DNA of 64,000 nt from NCBI RefSeq assembly GCF_009914755.1, contig NC_060929.1. One strand, 5' to 3'. Made by a program: the position numbers and the translations under genes. Numbering within the stretch: the first letter of the stretch is position 1; every line of letters starts with the position of its first letter. A model generated the notes under the pieces. That model saw only the letters and a program-made list of their open reading frames with translations, ran no database searches and had not been told where the DNA came from. Below, in pieces: positions 28,911 through 44,323 of the stretch. This DNA comes from the human T2T-CHM13v2.0 reference genome, Homo sapiens.

Positions 28911-30996
28911 TATAAATGGTTGCTCTTTCATTGTGGAAAAATGTTCACCCAAATAAATGGGCCTTGCCACTCTGAGAAGGTTGTGACCCAACTGAGGAGA
29001 AAATACATCTTCCTCTGAGAATTAATAAGCCTCTGCAAGGAATAGCAAAACATATTTTTTCTTTTTATTACTTTATCTTTCTCATTTTTTATTTTCCTTG
29101 GAGCTGAACAGGAGGGAAGCTAGACAAGAATTAAAGGTCAAATAGCCTAACTAGAGGAAGGTCTTGATGGTTATACTTCAAGTCCCAGAAAAAAAAAAAA
29201 AAGTACAGTTAGATGATAGAAAATGGAGATTTATGGTTGCTTTACACAAATAATAAAATAAAAGACTTAAATCTTTACTCCACTTGAAAACTCCAGAAGG
29301 ATAGAAGAAATTGCATTAGTCTTTTGCAAAAATATTTTGATAACTTTTTCTTACTTATGTGTTCCATTTGTCATTTTCTCTAAACTACACCTGCCCCACC
29401 TTGAAATGTTTTTATCTAGGCTTTGAATGCCTTTGCTCAGTTATCCAGCAGGCTATGATCCTCTGCGTCTGCTCTCTGCCGATGTGTGAGTGCATCAAAT
29501 GCAAGGGTTGCAAGAGTAATTATGACTCTGTTACTGCACAGCTCCGTAATCATGACAATAAAACCTGGTAAAAATGCTCAGACCACATCTTAGCCTGGTT
29601 CCAGACAGTGTTCATTTCTGAAGCTCACTTTTCTTGGCTTTCTGTGTAGCTCCACTGACAAGTTTTCCAAACCTTTGAAGTCTGGCAAAATTCCCAAACC
29701 CCAGGACTCCTCAGGAGAGATGCAGCAGTGGAAGCTGAGCTGACTGCCTTTAGGCTGGGTCATGGCGTCCCCACGAGCCTTGCACCACCCACCATCACTT
29801 CCTTGTCACTTCAGAGCCCTCAACAAGACAAAAGGGCTCACCAAAAAAACACCTCCTCTTTATTACAAGAACATGGAAACCTTTTTTCCAGCCTCACACT
29901 GGTAATAATAAAAGAATATGCTGTCTAAAGTCTTTCTGTTTTTACCTAGGAGATGGAAGCCGCTAAGGGTAGGTCATTAGCCTATCCTGTAAGCTTTTCA
30001 CTCTTCCACCTCCACATACAACCGCCCCTAAAATAAAAGACCCCTATGTAGCAAAATACCTGCTCAAAGGAATTTCTGCAAATAAAGGCACAAAACAGGA
30101 TATTGTACCTTTTATATTTTTGGTGAGAGTCAAGGGACCCCAGTCTCGGATTATTAAAATTACTAAACGTGGTTCATATCACCAAGTTCAAAGGGGGTAA
30201 AAAGGATTAAGCTTCACAGCATTCCACACGAAAATGTATCACTGGTAATGTGTCTTTTCCAACCACAACAAAGATGCCACGTGGGTTGCTACATGGAGAA
30301 GTGTTCAAGTATTGCGTGTCACAATATAGACCCGGTAAATTGTCTTCGGAACTTTCACTTTTCCAAAATGGGTTTCTGTGTGAAAATCTGCAATGATCTG
30401 AATCTTTTCCCTTGAGTCCTGGTGTTTAAAAGATAGCACAAAAGCTGCTCAGAAATCTAGGCTTGACACCTGCTAGCTAGAATTCAAAAAGGAAAGAGTG
30501 GCAAAGTTCACACCACTTGAGAAGAAGATCTCTTTCAGAAATAGCCTTGTGGCAATGGAGAGCAATCTGCAATTTGTAAGAGTTCCCTGCCTCTAAACTT
30601 ACTTAGGAAATTATTCCACTGGGATGAGATTTGCCTAAATTGGAAACAGAAAGAATTCTCTTTGGAAAATTCCTATCAAAAAGAAAGGAAAAACCATGTC
30701 TCATTGCCATTTCCCCATAGGATTCTTTTCTACAAACACACACCAAGATAACATATATAAGACTCCAAGAAGCCCATTCAGAGAAAGAAATATATACAAA
30801 ATTGCAAAAACAGAAGATAATTACTGAAAGGACAAGCATAAATTAACTTTTTGCTTTTCCTAAAATAACATCTATATTGAAACTTTGTTTACGCTTAACC
30901 TTCGGAGAATTAGTTTTGAAGGATTTTTAATTAAACTGAAGAAGTAGAATCAAGAAAGTTGCAAAAAAAGGGGAAGCTGTTAGAAATATTATGTAT

Positions 30997-31291
30997 GGCC
31001 AGGCACGGTGGCTCACGCCTGTAATCCCAACACTTTGGGAGGCCGAGGCGGGTGGATCACAAGGTCAAGAGATCGAGACCATCCTGGTCAATATGGTAAA
31101 ACTCCATCTCTCCCAAAAATACAAAAATTAGCTGGGCATAGTGGTGCGCGCCTGTAGTCCCAGCTACTCAGGAGGCTGAGGCAGGAGAATTGCTTGAACC
31201 TGGGAGGCAGGGGTTGCAGTGAGCCGAGATTGCACCCACTGCACTCCAGCTTGGGTGACAGAGCGAGACTCCATCTCAAAAAAAAAAGAAA
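30997..31291 (+). mobile_element. AluSc
   Basis: ggatcacaaggtcaagagatcgagaccatcctgg diagnostic. TSD agaaa(t/a)attatgtat at 30982-30996 and 31292-31306. Confidence 0.95.
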
Positions 31292-32479
31292 AGAAAAATT
31301 ATGTATGAGAGAAAACAGCAATGCTAGAATTTGTTCTGTGACTCCATGAATGGGAACAAGGAAACATACCACAGGAAGTTATTGTCTACAAATGAACCAG
31401 ATGTGCAGCAACATCTGAAAACCTGCTCTGCCGTGGGGCACTGTAGGAAGAAATGCAAAAGCGAGAATCGGAAGAACAAAGGAATGAGAGGGTAGAGCCA
31501 AGTGCCGCAACCCAGCATCCAACCAAGAATTAGAGACATCAAAACCCCGGGATGGGGCCTTAGACTCTGCCAGGAACAAAGAAGTGGGAAATAAACGTAA
31601 AACAGGCCATTTTCAAATGAATTGCTGTGTGCTCCTAACCAATCCAACAGAGCATCGTTTAGCTAGTAAAACAATATGGAAAATAAAAGTTAATGTTTGT
31701 AGAAATTCAGAAAGGAAAATAATGCAAGAATCTAATTACTTCCCAACTTAGGGAGGATAAAGGAGAAGACACAAAAGATTGAAGTGAAAATTGAAATGAC
31801 CTCCTATGCTTTTATCCTTCCTAGATTTCAATGGGCTTGCTATTCAAAAATAAATTAAAAGGTTGTGTGTTTAACAGTCAGACTACAGAAAGACAGACTA
31901 TTTGAAATTTATAGGAGACAAACTTGTGTTTTAAAAAATAAAAGGAAAAATTCACAATTGTTTTTCCCTAATTCTGGGAAAGGTTATATCACTTCTTCAT
32001 CTGAAATTTTCAAAAAGTGTATCAATATGGCACTTACTTTTCTACCACCCTACGTAGCTTCGGATGGTGTCCGACACATCTGTAACACTCAGTTCTATAA
32101 AAACTTCTAAGAGCACTTTTAAATGTTAGCACTTTTAAGATTGAATTACCCTGGGAGTATTGAGGCTTTCAGTATTAAAATAATTTCTGGCTAGCATTTT
32201 CGAGCTGTTCCCAACATCTTATTAAATACCTATAGAAACCAGCTATAAAACTGAAATTCACATTTTCAGCAAACTAAGACTCACAGTCAGTCAGCTTACA
32301 GCTCGGATCTAGGAGGAATTTCTACCAGAAAATGACAAATCTGAGAAGAATTAGAATGTGTTCACTAACAAGTAGGTCCCTTACACATAGAAGCATATAT
32401 GTAAACATTGTCACCCTTAAAGACAGGAAAACATCAGCTCATTCACACTCTGTCCTATAGCAGAGAAGCATTTTGGATG

Positions 32480-32960
32480 GAAAACAATTTCTCTAGATAT
32501 ATCAAACAAGAGAACATGGCACAGGATACAGCAATTTCAGTTCTAGAAGCCATGTCTAAAGAAAGAGCCTGAGATTTTGACCAAGGTTTATGTATAAAAT
32601 TATTTATGGCACCTGTTTAAAACCAAATGAGGAAACTACAAACCACTTGAACCACCACTAGCAAGGGAAGAGTTAAATAAATCATCACACAGCCAATGAG
32701 ACTACTTACATAAACTGTGAAACAAAAACACGAAAATATGCTCACAATACAACATCAAGTGATAAAAAGTAGAGCACAAATTTAGGATATAAAATGTATT
32801 TATAGTATGAACCCAGTTACGTTAAAATCACACATATATACACACACACAAACACACACATCTAGAAAAACCCTGGAATTCAATAAATGAGTTAGTAGTG
32901 GTTGTCTCTAGGAGGCAGAAACAAAACAACATTAAAATTTCTCTACACTGAGCAGATGGC
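32480..32960 (+). mobile_element. Ancient L1ME-like 3' fragment
   Basis: cagcaatttcagttctagaa...gttaaataaatcat...gttagtagtggttgtctctagga. Confidence 0.45.
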
Positions 32961-34639
32961 TCTTCTATAATAATAAAAATAGTACAAATATTGTTATTTA
33001 AATTAAAAAAATCAAGTACTCATTGTGAGGCTTAGAACAACATTGAACTTTTACTATCACTTATTCTTGTCTTAAGAGAGACAAATTAATTGCTTATTCC
33101 TGAACCTCAGATAATAACATATGCCCCCTGGGTTGGGATGGGATTCAGTGAAATAATTTAATCCAAATAATATATTTTAAGTGCCAAGTACAACTCTAGC
33201 ACAAATTAGGTATGAATAAATGCTGGTCAAATCTGTATACATACATTGGAAGTAGTCAGTGATCTGTTCAAAAAAAAAAAAATCCACGAAACTTCATTCC
33301 AGATGAGCAATTCAATTGCTGCTTCTCCACAGGCATGGGAAGCTCACACCCACACAGCTGATCTTTAGCGCCCACCACCATCTGGAAGATGCCTTCCAGT
33401 GCAGTTTGGGACTCTCCCCTTGATGGATACCAGATGGCACAGAAAGTCCTAAAGACATGCTTCATACTGGTGGCAGAAACACAGGCAAGACACACAGAGA
33501 TGAAAATAATGGAAGACCTAATGCAAGAATAAACGACCCAGTACCTCATTCTATAGCAAGTTCTCACATCAGTGCCCCTGGAATAACTTTAGAGCATATT
33601 ATTAAAACTGTGTTTTCATGTCCCACAAGGACATAGACTAGATTACCCGAAGACAAAAGCATCAATGTGTCAAATGTGCATATAGGTGGCCTAAGGCAAT
33701 GAGAAATAGGTTTTCATTTCACTTTATTAACATTTTATCTGAATTGCATTTCTCTTTGTCTGGTGCTCTGTGATCATACTGGGCTGAGTTATTCACAGCC
33801 AGGATGCTACTTGGCCTTCCAGATTTATTCTTCATTATCTCCAAATAAAATAATTAAATTGTATGCAGGAATACAGCACAAAGCCAAAGATCTTGTAATG
33901 CATTTTTAAAAGTAAATCATCATCCATGCAGAAAAGCAATATAATGGAATATTTAAATTTTGCCAGTGAAAACCTCCAACAAACCTAGATAATCCTGAAT
34001 CTGTAGGTGTTTCATATTTTTAATGCAGAAAGATGTGAAATAAATGTTTACAAATGCTTACTTTACATTCAAAATCAGTTTCTATGTGAAGCCAAAACAT
34101 GTAGGAAAGAGGGGTCTAAAATATTTTTAACAATTTGAAGCTGGCTAAGGATTGAGACTAAAACAGACTTCAGGCCCTTTACAGGGAAACAAAACAAAAA
34201 TGCTGGAAGAAGGTAGCAGGCAGAGTGATCAATACAGAATGGTGGTGAAGCAGGATTTTCTACATGCATTCCTGCCTGGGGCAGTTCTGAGTACCCCAAA
34301 GGATCCCAGAGGTGACCTGGGTTGGATGGGTCTCATAACCCCTTATAAGGCAATGATCACGGATCAGTATCTACCCTTCAGCTTTTGTCCCCAGTACACA
34401 TCTGTCAACTGAATACAAGGTAAGGGAGGTGTTCCGAATGTGGGCCAAACAGTGCACTGTGGTGGTTGATGTGTCTTTCTCTGTGCAGGCCTGAGTTTCC
34501 ATTCCTGGGCAACCCCATACAGTGGAGGACTGACTCAGACTAATGGCCAGCCTCTGAACTACATGACTGTGGCAGAGGTTAAAGCATACAGAGAGGGAGG
34601 GAGGTGTGACTCAGTTATGAACCTGTCATAGCCAGGAGC

Positions 34640-36080
<1,441 letters not shown>

Positions 36081-36540
36081 TTTCATTGTATTCACAAAAT
36101 CCCTCATTTCCTTCTCTCCTCCCTAAAGCCTCTCAGTTTTGAATCCCATGTCATCAAATTGTATCACCCATTGACCTTCATGAAACTGTCAACTCACATT
36201 CAACATGTCTAGCAAGTTTGACTTCCTAGGTCAGCGCTGCTTTCCCATGACCACTCCTATTCTATCCTTGGTCACCCCATGGCCTCCTGGTTCCTTAAAC
36301 ACTTCTCCTCCACCAGTCTCAGCCACTGCATCTTTCCTCCTCCTTCGCCTCCTTGCTGACCTCCATCCCCTCCTTCTCCAACTCCCATTCCTTGAACAGT
36401 CACTACTGCTTTCTTTGGCCAGTGCCCTCAAAACTCTTGGCACTCACACTTTGTCATAATTGCTTGGCAAATCAGCTACCCTGAAATCCAGCTCTCTACC
36501 AACTGAATGTAGCAGAGAAAACATGTTGACTAATTGCTTC

Positions 36541-39500
36541 TTTTTTAAAGAAACTATTTTTATGGGTACGTAATAGGTGTATATCTTTATGGGGTGCATA
36601 AGATATTTTGATATAGGCATACAATGCATAATAAGCACATCAAGGTAAATAGGGTATCCATCAACTCAAACATCATCTTTTCTTTGTATTACAAATGATA
36701 CAATCCTCCTTTGGTTATTTCAAAATATACAATAAATTATTGTTGACTGTAGTCACCCTGTTGTATTATCAAATGCTAGATCTTATTCATTCTATCTAAT
36801 TATATTTTTGTACCCATTAACTAGCTCCACTTCCCACGCCCTCATCACTACCCTTTCCAGCCTCTGGTAACAATCATTCTACTCTCTGTTTCCATGACTT
36901 CAGTTGTGTTAATTTTTAGCTCTCATAAATAAGTGAGAACTTATTTGTCTTTCTGTGCCTGGTTTATTTCACTTAACATAATGACCTCTAGTTCCATTTA
37001 TGTTGTTGCAAATGACAGGATCTCATTCTTTTTTTATGGCTGAATAGTACACCATTGCACATATGTACCATGTTTTCTTTATCTATTAATCTGTTGATGG
37101 AAACAGGTTGCTTGCAAATCTTGGCTATTGTGAACAATGCTGCAATAAACATGGAAGTGCAGATATCTCTTTTATATACTGATTTCTTTGGGGTATATAC
37201 CTAGCAGTGGGATTGCTGGATTATATAAAGGTTCTATTTATAGTCTAGTGAAGAACCTCCAAACTGTTCTCCATAATGGTTGTACTAATTTACACTCTCA
37301 CTAACAATGTATGAGGGTTCTTTTTCTCCACATCTTTGCCAGAATTTGTTATTGCCTGTCTTTTGGATATAAGCCATTTTAACTGGAGTAAGATAATATC
37401 TCATTATAGTTTTGATTTGCAGTTCTCTGATGGTCAGCGATGTTGACCCCCTTTTCATACACCTGTTTATCACTTGTATGTCTTCTTTTGAGAAATATCT
37501 ATTTGGATATTTTGCCCATTTTTGAACTGGATTGTTAGATTTTTTTTGTATAGAGTTGTTTGAGCTCCTTGTATATTCTGGTTACTAATCCCTTGTCAGA
37601 TGGATAGTTTGCAAATATTTTCTCCCATTCTATGGATTATCTCTTCAGTTTCTTGATTCTTTCCTTGTCTGTGCAGAAGCTTTTTAACTTGATGTGATCC
37701 CCTTTGTCCATTTCTGCTTTGTTTGCCTGTGCTTGTGGAGTTTTACTCAAGAAATCTGTGCCCCAACTCCAATGTCCTGGAGAGTTTCCCCAATGTTTTA
37801 TTGTAGTAATTTCATAGTTTGGGTATTAAATTTAAGTCTTTAATCCATTTTAGTTTGATTTTTTATATGGCAAGATGGGGTCTAGTATTGTTCTTCTTCA
37901 GATGGATATTCAGTTTTCCCACATGTTTATTGAAGAGATTATCCTTTCACCAATGTATGTTCTTGGCACCTTTGTCCAAAACGAGGTCATTGTAAATGTA
38001 TGGGTTTGTTTCCAGGTTCTCTATTCTGTTTAATTGGTCTATGTGTCTGTTTTTATGCCAGTACCATGCTGCCTTGGTTACTATAACTCTGCAATAATTT
38101 GAAATCAAGTGAAGTAATTCTTCCAGTTTTGCTCCTTTTGCTCAGGATAACTGGCTATTTGGCTATTTTGGGTCTTTTGTGGTTCCATATAAATTTTAGG
38201 ATTGTTTTTTCTATTTCTCTGAGAAATGTCATTGGTATTTTGATAGGGATGGCATTAAATCTATAGATTACTTTGGTTAGTATGGACATTTTAACAATAT
38301 TGATTCTTCCAAACTGTAAAAATGGAATATCTTTACACTTTTTGTGTGTCCTCTTCAATTTCTTGCATCAATTATAGAAATATCTCACTTATTTTATTAC
38401 ATTAATTCCTAGGTATTTAATTTCATTTGTAGCTATTGTAAATGTGATTACTTTCTTGATTTCTTTTTTGGATTGTTCACTGTTGGCATATAGAAAAGGT
38501 ACTCATTTTTGTATGTTACTTTTGTATCCTGCAACTTTACTGCATTGGTTTCTCAGTTCTAATAGTTTTTTGGTGGACTCGTTAGGTTTTCCCAAATATA
38601 ATAATATCTGCAAACAAGGATAATTTGGCTTCTTCCTTTCCAATTTGGTTTCCCTTTCTTTCTTTCTCTTGTCTGATTGCTCTAATTAGGACTTCTAGTA
38701 CTATGTGGAATAACAGTGGTGAGAATGGGCATCCTTGTCATGTTGCAGATCAGAAAGGAAAGGCCTCCAGCTTTTCTCCATTCAGTGTGAAGCTAGCTGT
38801 GCATTTGTCGTATATGGCTTGCATTGTGTGTTGAGTTATGTTCTTCTACATCCAATTTTTGAGGGTATTTATCATGAAGGGATGTTTAATTTTATAAACT
38901 GTTTTTTCAGCATCAGTTGAAATGATCACATGGTTTTTATTCTTCATTCTGTTGATATGATGTATCACATTGATTGCCAGTGTGAATCAATCTTTGCCAG
39001 ATCTTTGCCAGATTTTGGCAAAGTTTTTTCAGCATCAGTTGAAATGATCACGTGGTTTTTATTCTTCATTCTGTTGATATGATGTATCACACTGATTGAT
39101 TTGCATATGTTAAACCATCCTTGCATCCCTGGGATAAATCATCCTTGATTATGATGAATTATCTTGTTAATGTGTTGTTGAATTTGATTTGCTAATATTT
39201 TGCTAAGGGTTTTGCATCAATTTTCATGGGAATATTGGTCTGTAGGTTTATTTTTCTGATGTGTTTTTATCTGGTTTTGGTATCAGGGTAAAAGTGGCCT
39301 TATAGAATGAGTTTGAAAGTATTCTTTCCTCCTCTTTTTTCAGAATAGTCTGAGTAGTATTGGTATGAATTATTTAAATGTTTGTTAATATTCTGCAGTG
39401 AAACCATCAGGTCCAGGGCTTTTCTTTGCTGGGAGACTTTTTATTATGGCTCCTATCTTGTTATTTGTTATTAGTCTGTTCAGGTTTTGAATTTCTTCAT

Positions 39501-42500
39501 GGTACAATCTTAGTAGATTGTATGTGTCCAGCAATGTATCTGTTTCTAGGTTTTCCCACTTATTGGCATATAGTTGCTCACAGTAGCCTCTAATGATCAC
39601 TTGAATTTCTGAAGTGTCAGTTGTAATGTCTCATTTTTCATCTCTGGTTTTATTTATTTGGGTCTTCTCTTTTTTTCTTCATCTGGCTAAAAGTTTGTCA
39701 ATTTTGTTTATCTCTTCAAAAAACAACTTTTAATTTTGTTTATCTTTTTTATTGTTCTATTTATTTCAACTTCATTTATTTCTGCTCTGATCTTTATTAT
39801 TTCTTTTATTCTACTAATTTTGAGTTCTATTTGCCCTTGCTTTTCTAGTTTTTAAGATGCACCATTAGGTTGTTTATTCGAAGTTTTTCTTCTTTCCTGA
39901 TGTAGGCACTTACAGCTATAAATTTTCCCTCTTAGTACTGTTTTTGCTATATCCCATAGGTTTTGGTACGTTATATTGCCATTATGATTTGCTTCAAGAC
40001 ATTTTTCAATTTCCTTCTTAATTTCTTCATTGACACACTGGCCATTCTGGAGCATATTGTTTAATTTCCATGTGTTTGTATAGTTTCCAAAGTTTCTCTT
40101 GTTATTGATTTGTAGCATTATGTCATTGTGGTCAGAGAAGATGCTTGATATCATTTCAATTTTTTTAATGTTTTAAGACTTGTTTTGTGACCTTATATGT
40201 GGTGTATCCTTGAGAATGATCTTTGCGCTGAGGAGAAGGATGTGTATTCTGCAGCTGTTGGATAAAATGTTGGGTAAATGTCTACTAGGTTCATTTGGTC
40301 TATAGTGTAGATTAAGTCCAATGTTTCTTTGTTGATTTTGTCTGGAAGATCTAATGCTAAAAGACAGGTGTTGAAGTCTCCAGCTATGATTGTATTGGGG
40401 CCTCTCTCTCTCTTTAGTTCTAATAATATTTGCTTTATATAGCTGGGTGTTCCAGTGTTGGGTGCATATGTATTTAAAATTGTTATATACTCTTATGAAT
40501 TGACCCCTTTATTGTTATATGATATCCTTTGTGTCTTCTTACAGTTTTTGTCTTAAAGTCTATTTTGTCTGATATAAGTATAGCTACTTCTGCTCTTTTT
40601 TGGTTTCTACTTGCATGGAATATCTTTTTCCATCCCTTTATTTTCAGTCTATGTGTTCTTTATAGATGAAGTGTTTTCCTTGTAGACAGTAGGGCATTGG
40701 GTATTGTGTTTTTCATCCATTCAGCCACTCTTTGCGTTTTGATTAGAGTTTAGTCCATTTACTAATGTCACCATGTACCAATGTTATTATTGATAAGTAA
40801 GAATATACTCCTGCCACTTTGTTATTTTTCTGGTTGTCTTGTGGTCTTCTTTTCCTTCTTTCCTTCCTTCATTTCTTTTTTTTAGTGAAGGTGACTTTGT
40901 CTGGTGGTGTGATTTAATTTCTTGATTTTCATTTTTTTTGTGTGTATCTGTCATATGTTTTTTGATTTGAGGTTACCATGAGGCTTGCAAATACTATCTT
41001 AGAACCAACTATTTTAAGCTAATAACAACACTGCATAAACAAACAAGCAAACAATCAAAAAGTAATAAAAATGCTACACTTTAACTTCATCCTCTCTCTT
41101 TTTAACTTTTTTTTTGTTCTAGTTACACTTACTGTATGTAACGTCTATTTCTTGAAAACTGTTTGTAGCAATTTATTTTGATTGGTTAATCTTGTAGTCT
41201 TTATATTTAAGATATGAGTAGTTTACACACCACAATTACACTGTTACAATATTCTGTGTTTTTCTGTGTATTTACTAATAGCAGTGAGTTTTGTACCTTC
41301 AGATGATTTCTTATTGCTCATTAACATCCTTTTCTTTCAGACTGAAGAACTCCCTTTGGCATTTCTCACAGGACAGGTCTGGTGTTGATGAAATCCCTCA
41401 GCTTTTATCTGTCTGGGAAAGTCTTTCTTTCTCTTTCATGCTTGAAGAATATTTTCACTGGATATATTATTCTAGGATATAAGATTTTTCCTTCAGCACT
41501 TTAAATATGTCATGCCACTCTCTCCTGGCTTGTATGATTTCCACTAGAAAGTCGGCTGCCAAATGTATTAGAGCTGTATTAAATGTTATTTATTTTCTCC
41601 TGCTGCTTTAGGATACTTTCTTTACCCTTGACTTTTGAGTGCTTGCTAATTAAATGTCTTGATGTAGTCTTCTTTGGGTTAAATCTGCTTGATGTTCTAT
41701 AGCCTTCTTGTACTTGAATGTTGATATATTTCTGTACATTTGCAAAATTTTCTGTTATTACCCTGTTGAACAAAACTTTCTACCCCTATCTCTTTTTCCA
41801 CCTCCTCTTTAAGACCACTAACTCCTAGATTTGCCTTTGGAGGTTATTTTCTAAATCTTTCAGGCATGCTGCATTCTTTCTTACTCTGCTTTCTTTTGTC
41901 TTCTCTGACTGTGTATTTTCAAATAGCCTGTCTTCAAGTTCACCTAATTGTTTCTTCCATTTGATCAAGTCTACTGTTAAGAGACTCAGGCATCCTTCGG
42001 ATGTCAATTGCAATTTTCAACTCCAGAATTTCTGCTTGATTCTTTGTAATTATTTCAGTCTCTTTGTTAGGTTTATCCGATGGAATTCTGAATTCCTCTG
42101 CTGTGTTATCTTGAGTTCCATTGAGTTTCCTCAAAACAGCTATTTTGAATTCTCTGTCTGAAAGATCACATAATCTGTTTCTCCATGATTGATCACTGAT
42201 AACCTTATTAAGTTCGTTTAGTGAGATCACGTTTTCCTGGAAGGTCTTGATGTTTGTGGATGTTTGTCAATGTCTGGGCATTCAAGAGCTCGGCATTTAT
42301 TGTAGTCCTGACAACCCGCATTTGTTTGTACTCATTGTTCTTGGGAAGGCTTTCCAGAGATTTGAAGGCACTTGGGTGTTATGATCTAAGCTTTTGGTCA
42401 TGTAGCCATATCTGCATTAGGGGGCACCCCAAGCCTAATAACGTTGTGGTTCTTGCAGACTCATAGAGGTACTGCCTTTGTGGTCTTGGATAAGATCCAG

Positions 42501-44323
42501 AATAATTCTCTGGATTACCAGGCGGAGACTCTTGTTCTTTTCCCTAACTTCCACCAGACAAAGTCTCTCTCTGTGCTGAGCTGCCTGAAGCTGGGAAAGG
42601 TGACACAGGCACCTCTGTGGCCACCACCAGTGGGAGTGTGCTGGGTCAGACCTGAGGCCACCACAGTGCTTGGTCTCACCTAGGACTGGTGTAACCACTG
42701 CCCAGCTACCACCAATATTCACTCAAGGCCCTAGGGCTCTACAATCAGCAGCTGCAAAAGCAAGCTTAGGCTTCTGTCCTTCCCTTTAGGGTGGCAAGAT
42801 CACCTCAGTCTCAGGCAGGTCCAGAGATGTCATTCAGGAGCCAGGGCCTGGAGTCAGAAACCTTAGGAATCTACTCAGTACTCTGTTCTACCATGGCTGA
42901 GCTGGCACCTAAACCAAAAGACAAAGTCTTTCCCACTCCTGCCCTCCCCTTTCTGCACACAAAGGACTCTCCCTGTGTCCACCGCCATCCCAGGCCTGTG
43001 GTGAATATTGCCTGGCTACTGCCAATGTTCACTCAAGGCTAAGGGCTCTTTAGTCAGCTTGTGGTGAATGCTGTCAGGCCTGGGACTCTTCCTTCAGGAC
43101 AGTGGGCTCCTTGCTGGCCCAGGGCAGTCCAGAAATGCTGTCTGAGAGCCAACTTCTGGAACTGGGGACCCTGAGATCCTACTTGGTGCTCCATCCCACT
43201 GTGGCTGAGCTGGTGGTACCTGAGGTGCAAGACAATGTCTCCATTACTCTTCACTCTCCTTTTTCAAGCAGGAGTCTCTTCCATAGACATCACAGCTGGA
43301 AATGTGCTGAGTCATATCTGAAGCCAGGATGTTTCTGAGTCTCACCCAGGGCCCACAGTGAGTACTGTCTGGGGGCTGCTGTTGATTATTCAGGGCTCAA
43401 GGGCTCTCTCTCTCTAGTCAGCAGGTGATGAATCCTGCCAGGACTGGGTTCTTCCCTTCAAGGCAGTGGGTTCCCTTCTGGCCCAGGGTATATCTAGAAA
43501 TTTTGCCCAGAAGCCAGGGCCTGGAATGGGGGCCTCAGGACTCTGTTGGGTGCCCCATCCTACTGTGGCTGAGCTGATATCCAAGTTGCAAGACAAAGTC
43601 CTCTTTACTCTCCCCTCTCCTCACCTCAAGAAAAAAATAAATAAAAAGGAATCTCTCCCAGAGGTTTGAGCTGAGCTGCCTGGAGTTGGGGTAGGGAGGG
43701 GTGGCACAAGCGCTCCCTTGGCTGCCCCAGCTGGTGTCTCCCTAGGTTGCATGCTTCCCAAGTCCACTGACTGTGAGCCCTGGACTTGCCCAGGATTTGC
43801 AGTTCTGGTGACCCAGACTGCCTTTCAGGTTGATTCAGAACCCCAGAACACTTTAGCCCATGGTGGCAAGGCTTGTTGGAACTCGGGTTCTCACCACTGG
43901 GATAGGTGATTCCCCTCTGGCTAGGGCTGGTCTAACTGCTCCCTCTGTGGACACAGGCTGAGTTCTGCCCAGTTTTGCTTTCCACTGTGACAGGGCAGCA
44001 CTGTGTTCCAATGCAAAGTCCTGTAGTCACTGCACTCTCCCTCCCCCAAGTGCATGGATTCTCTCTCCATGCCACATGCCCACTGCCAGGTAATAGGGGA
44101 GGGATGGTGTCAGCAATTCAAAACTGTCTTTCCTACCCTCTTCAGTGCCTCCTTCAGTGACGTGAAATTAAAACGAGGTAGTGTGATCGCTCCTGTGACT
44201 TTTGGTTTTTATGAAGGTGCTTTTTTGTGTGGACAGTTGTTTCTATCCAGAGTAATTTGGTGTTTCTGCAGGGAGGATGATCAGTGGAGGCTTCCATTCA
44301 CCCATCTTCTCCTGCCTCCTCTC
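36541..44323 (-). mobile_element. Full-length (~7.8 kb) decayed L1MA2/3-type LINE-1
   Basis: L1MA-type 3'UTR at 36541; ORF2 remnants ([11 protein letters not shown]; [12 protein letters not shown]); ORF1 remnants at ~41580-42230; 5' end (minus strand) gaggaggcaggagaagatgggtgaatggaagcctcc. Degenerate TSD at 36530-36542 and 44324-44336. Confidence 0.92.
38901..39098 (+). repeat. 76 bp direct duplication with 46 bp filler inside the L1
   Basis: 38901-38976 versus 39023-39098, two mismatches. Confidence 0.95.

Noticed and set aside
30150-30420. CpG-containing unique stretch with an E-box (ccacgtgg); similar stretch at 57120-57280
   Set aside because: Could be conserved enhancers, but single short motifs are not enough support without conservation data.
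42700-43620. Three ~310-360 bp diverged repeats giving paired MGSLLAQG peptides
   Set aside because: They lie in the 5'UTR of the L1MA element, where tandem monomer-like repeats are expected.
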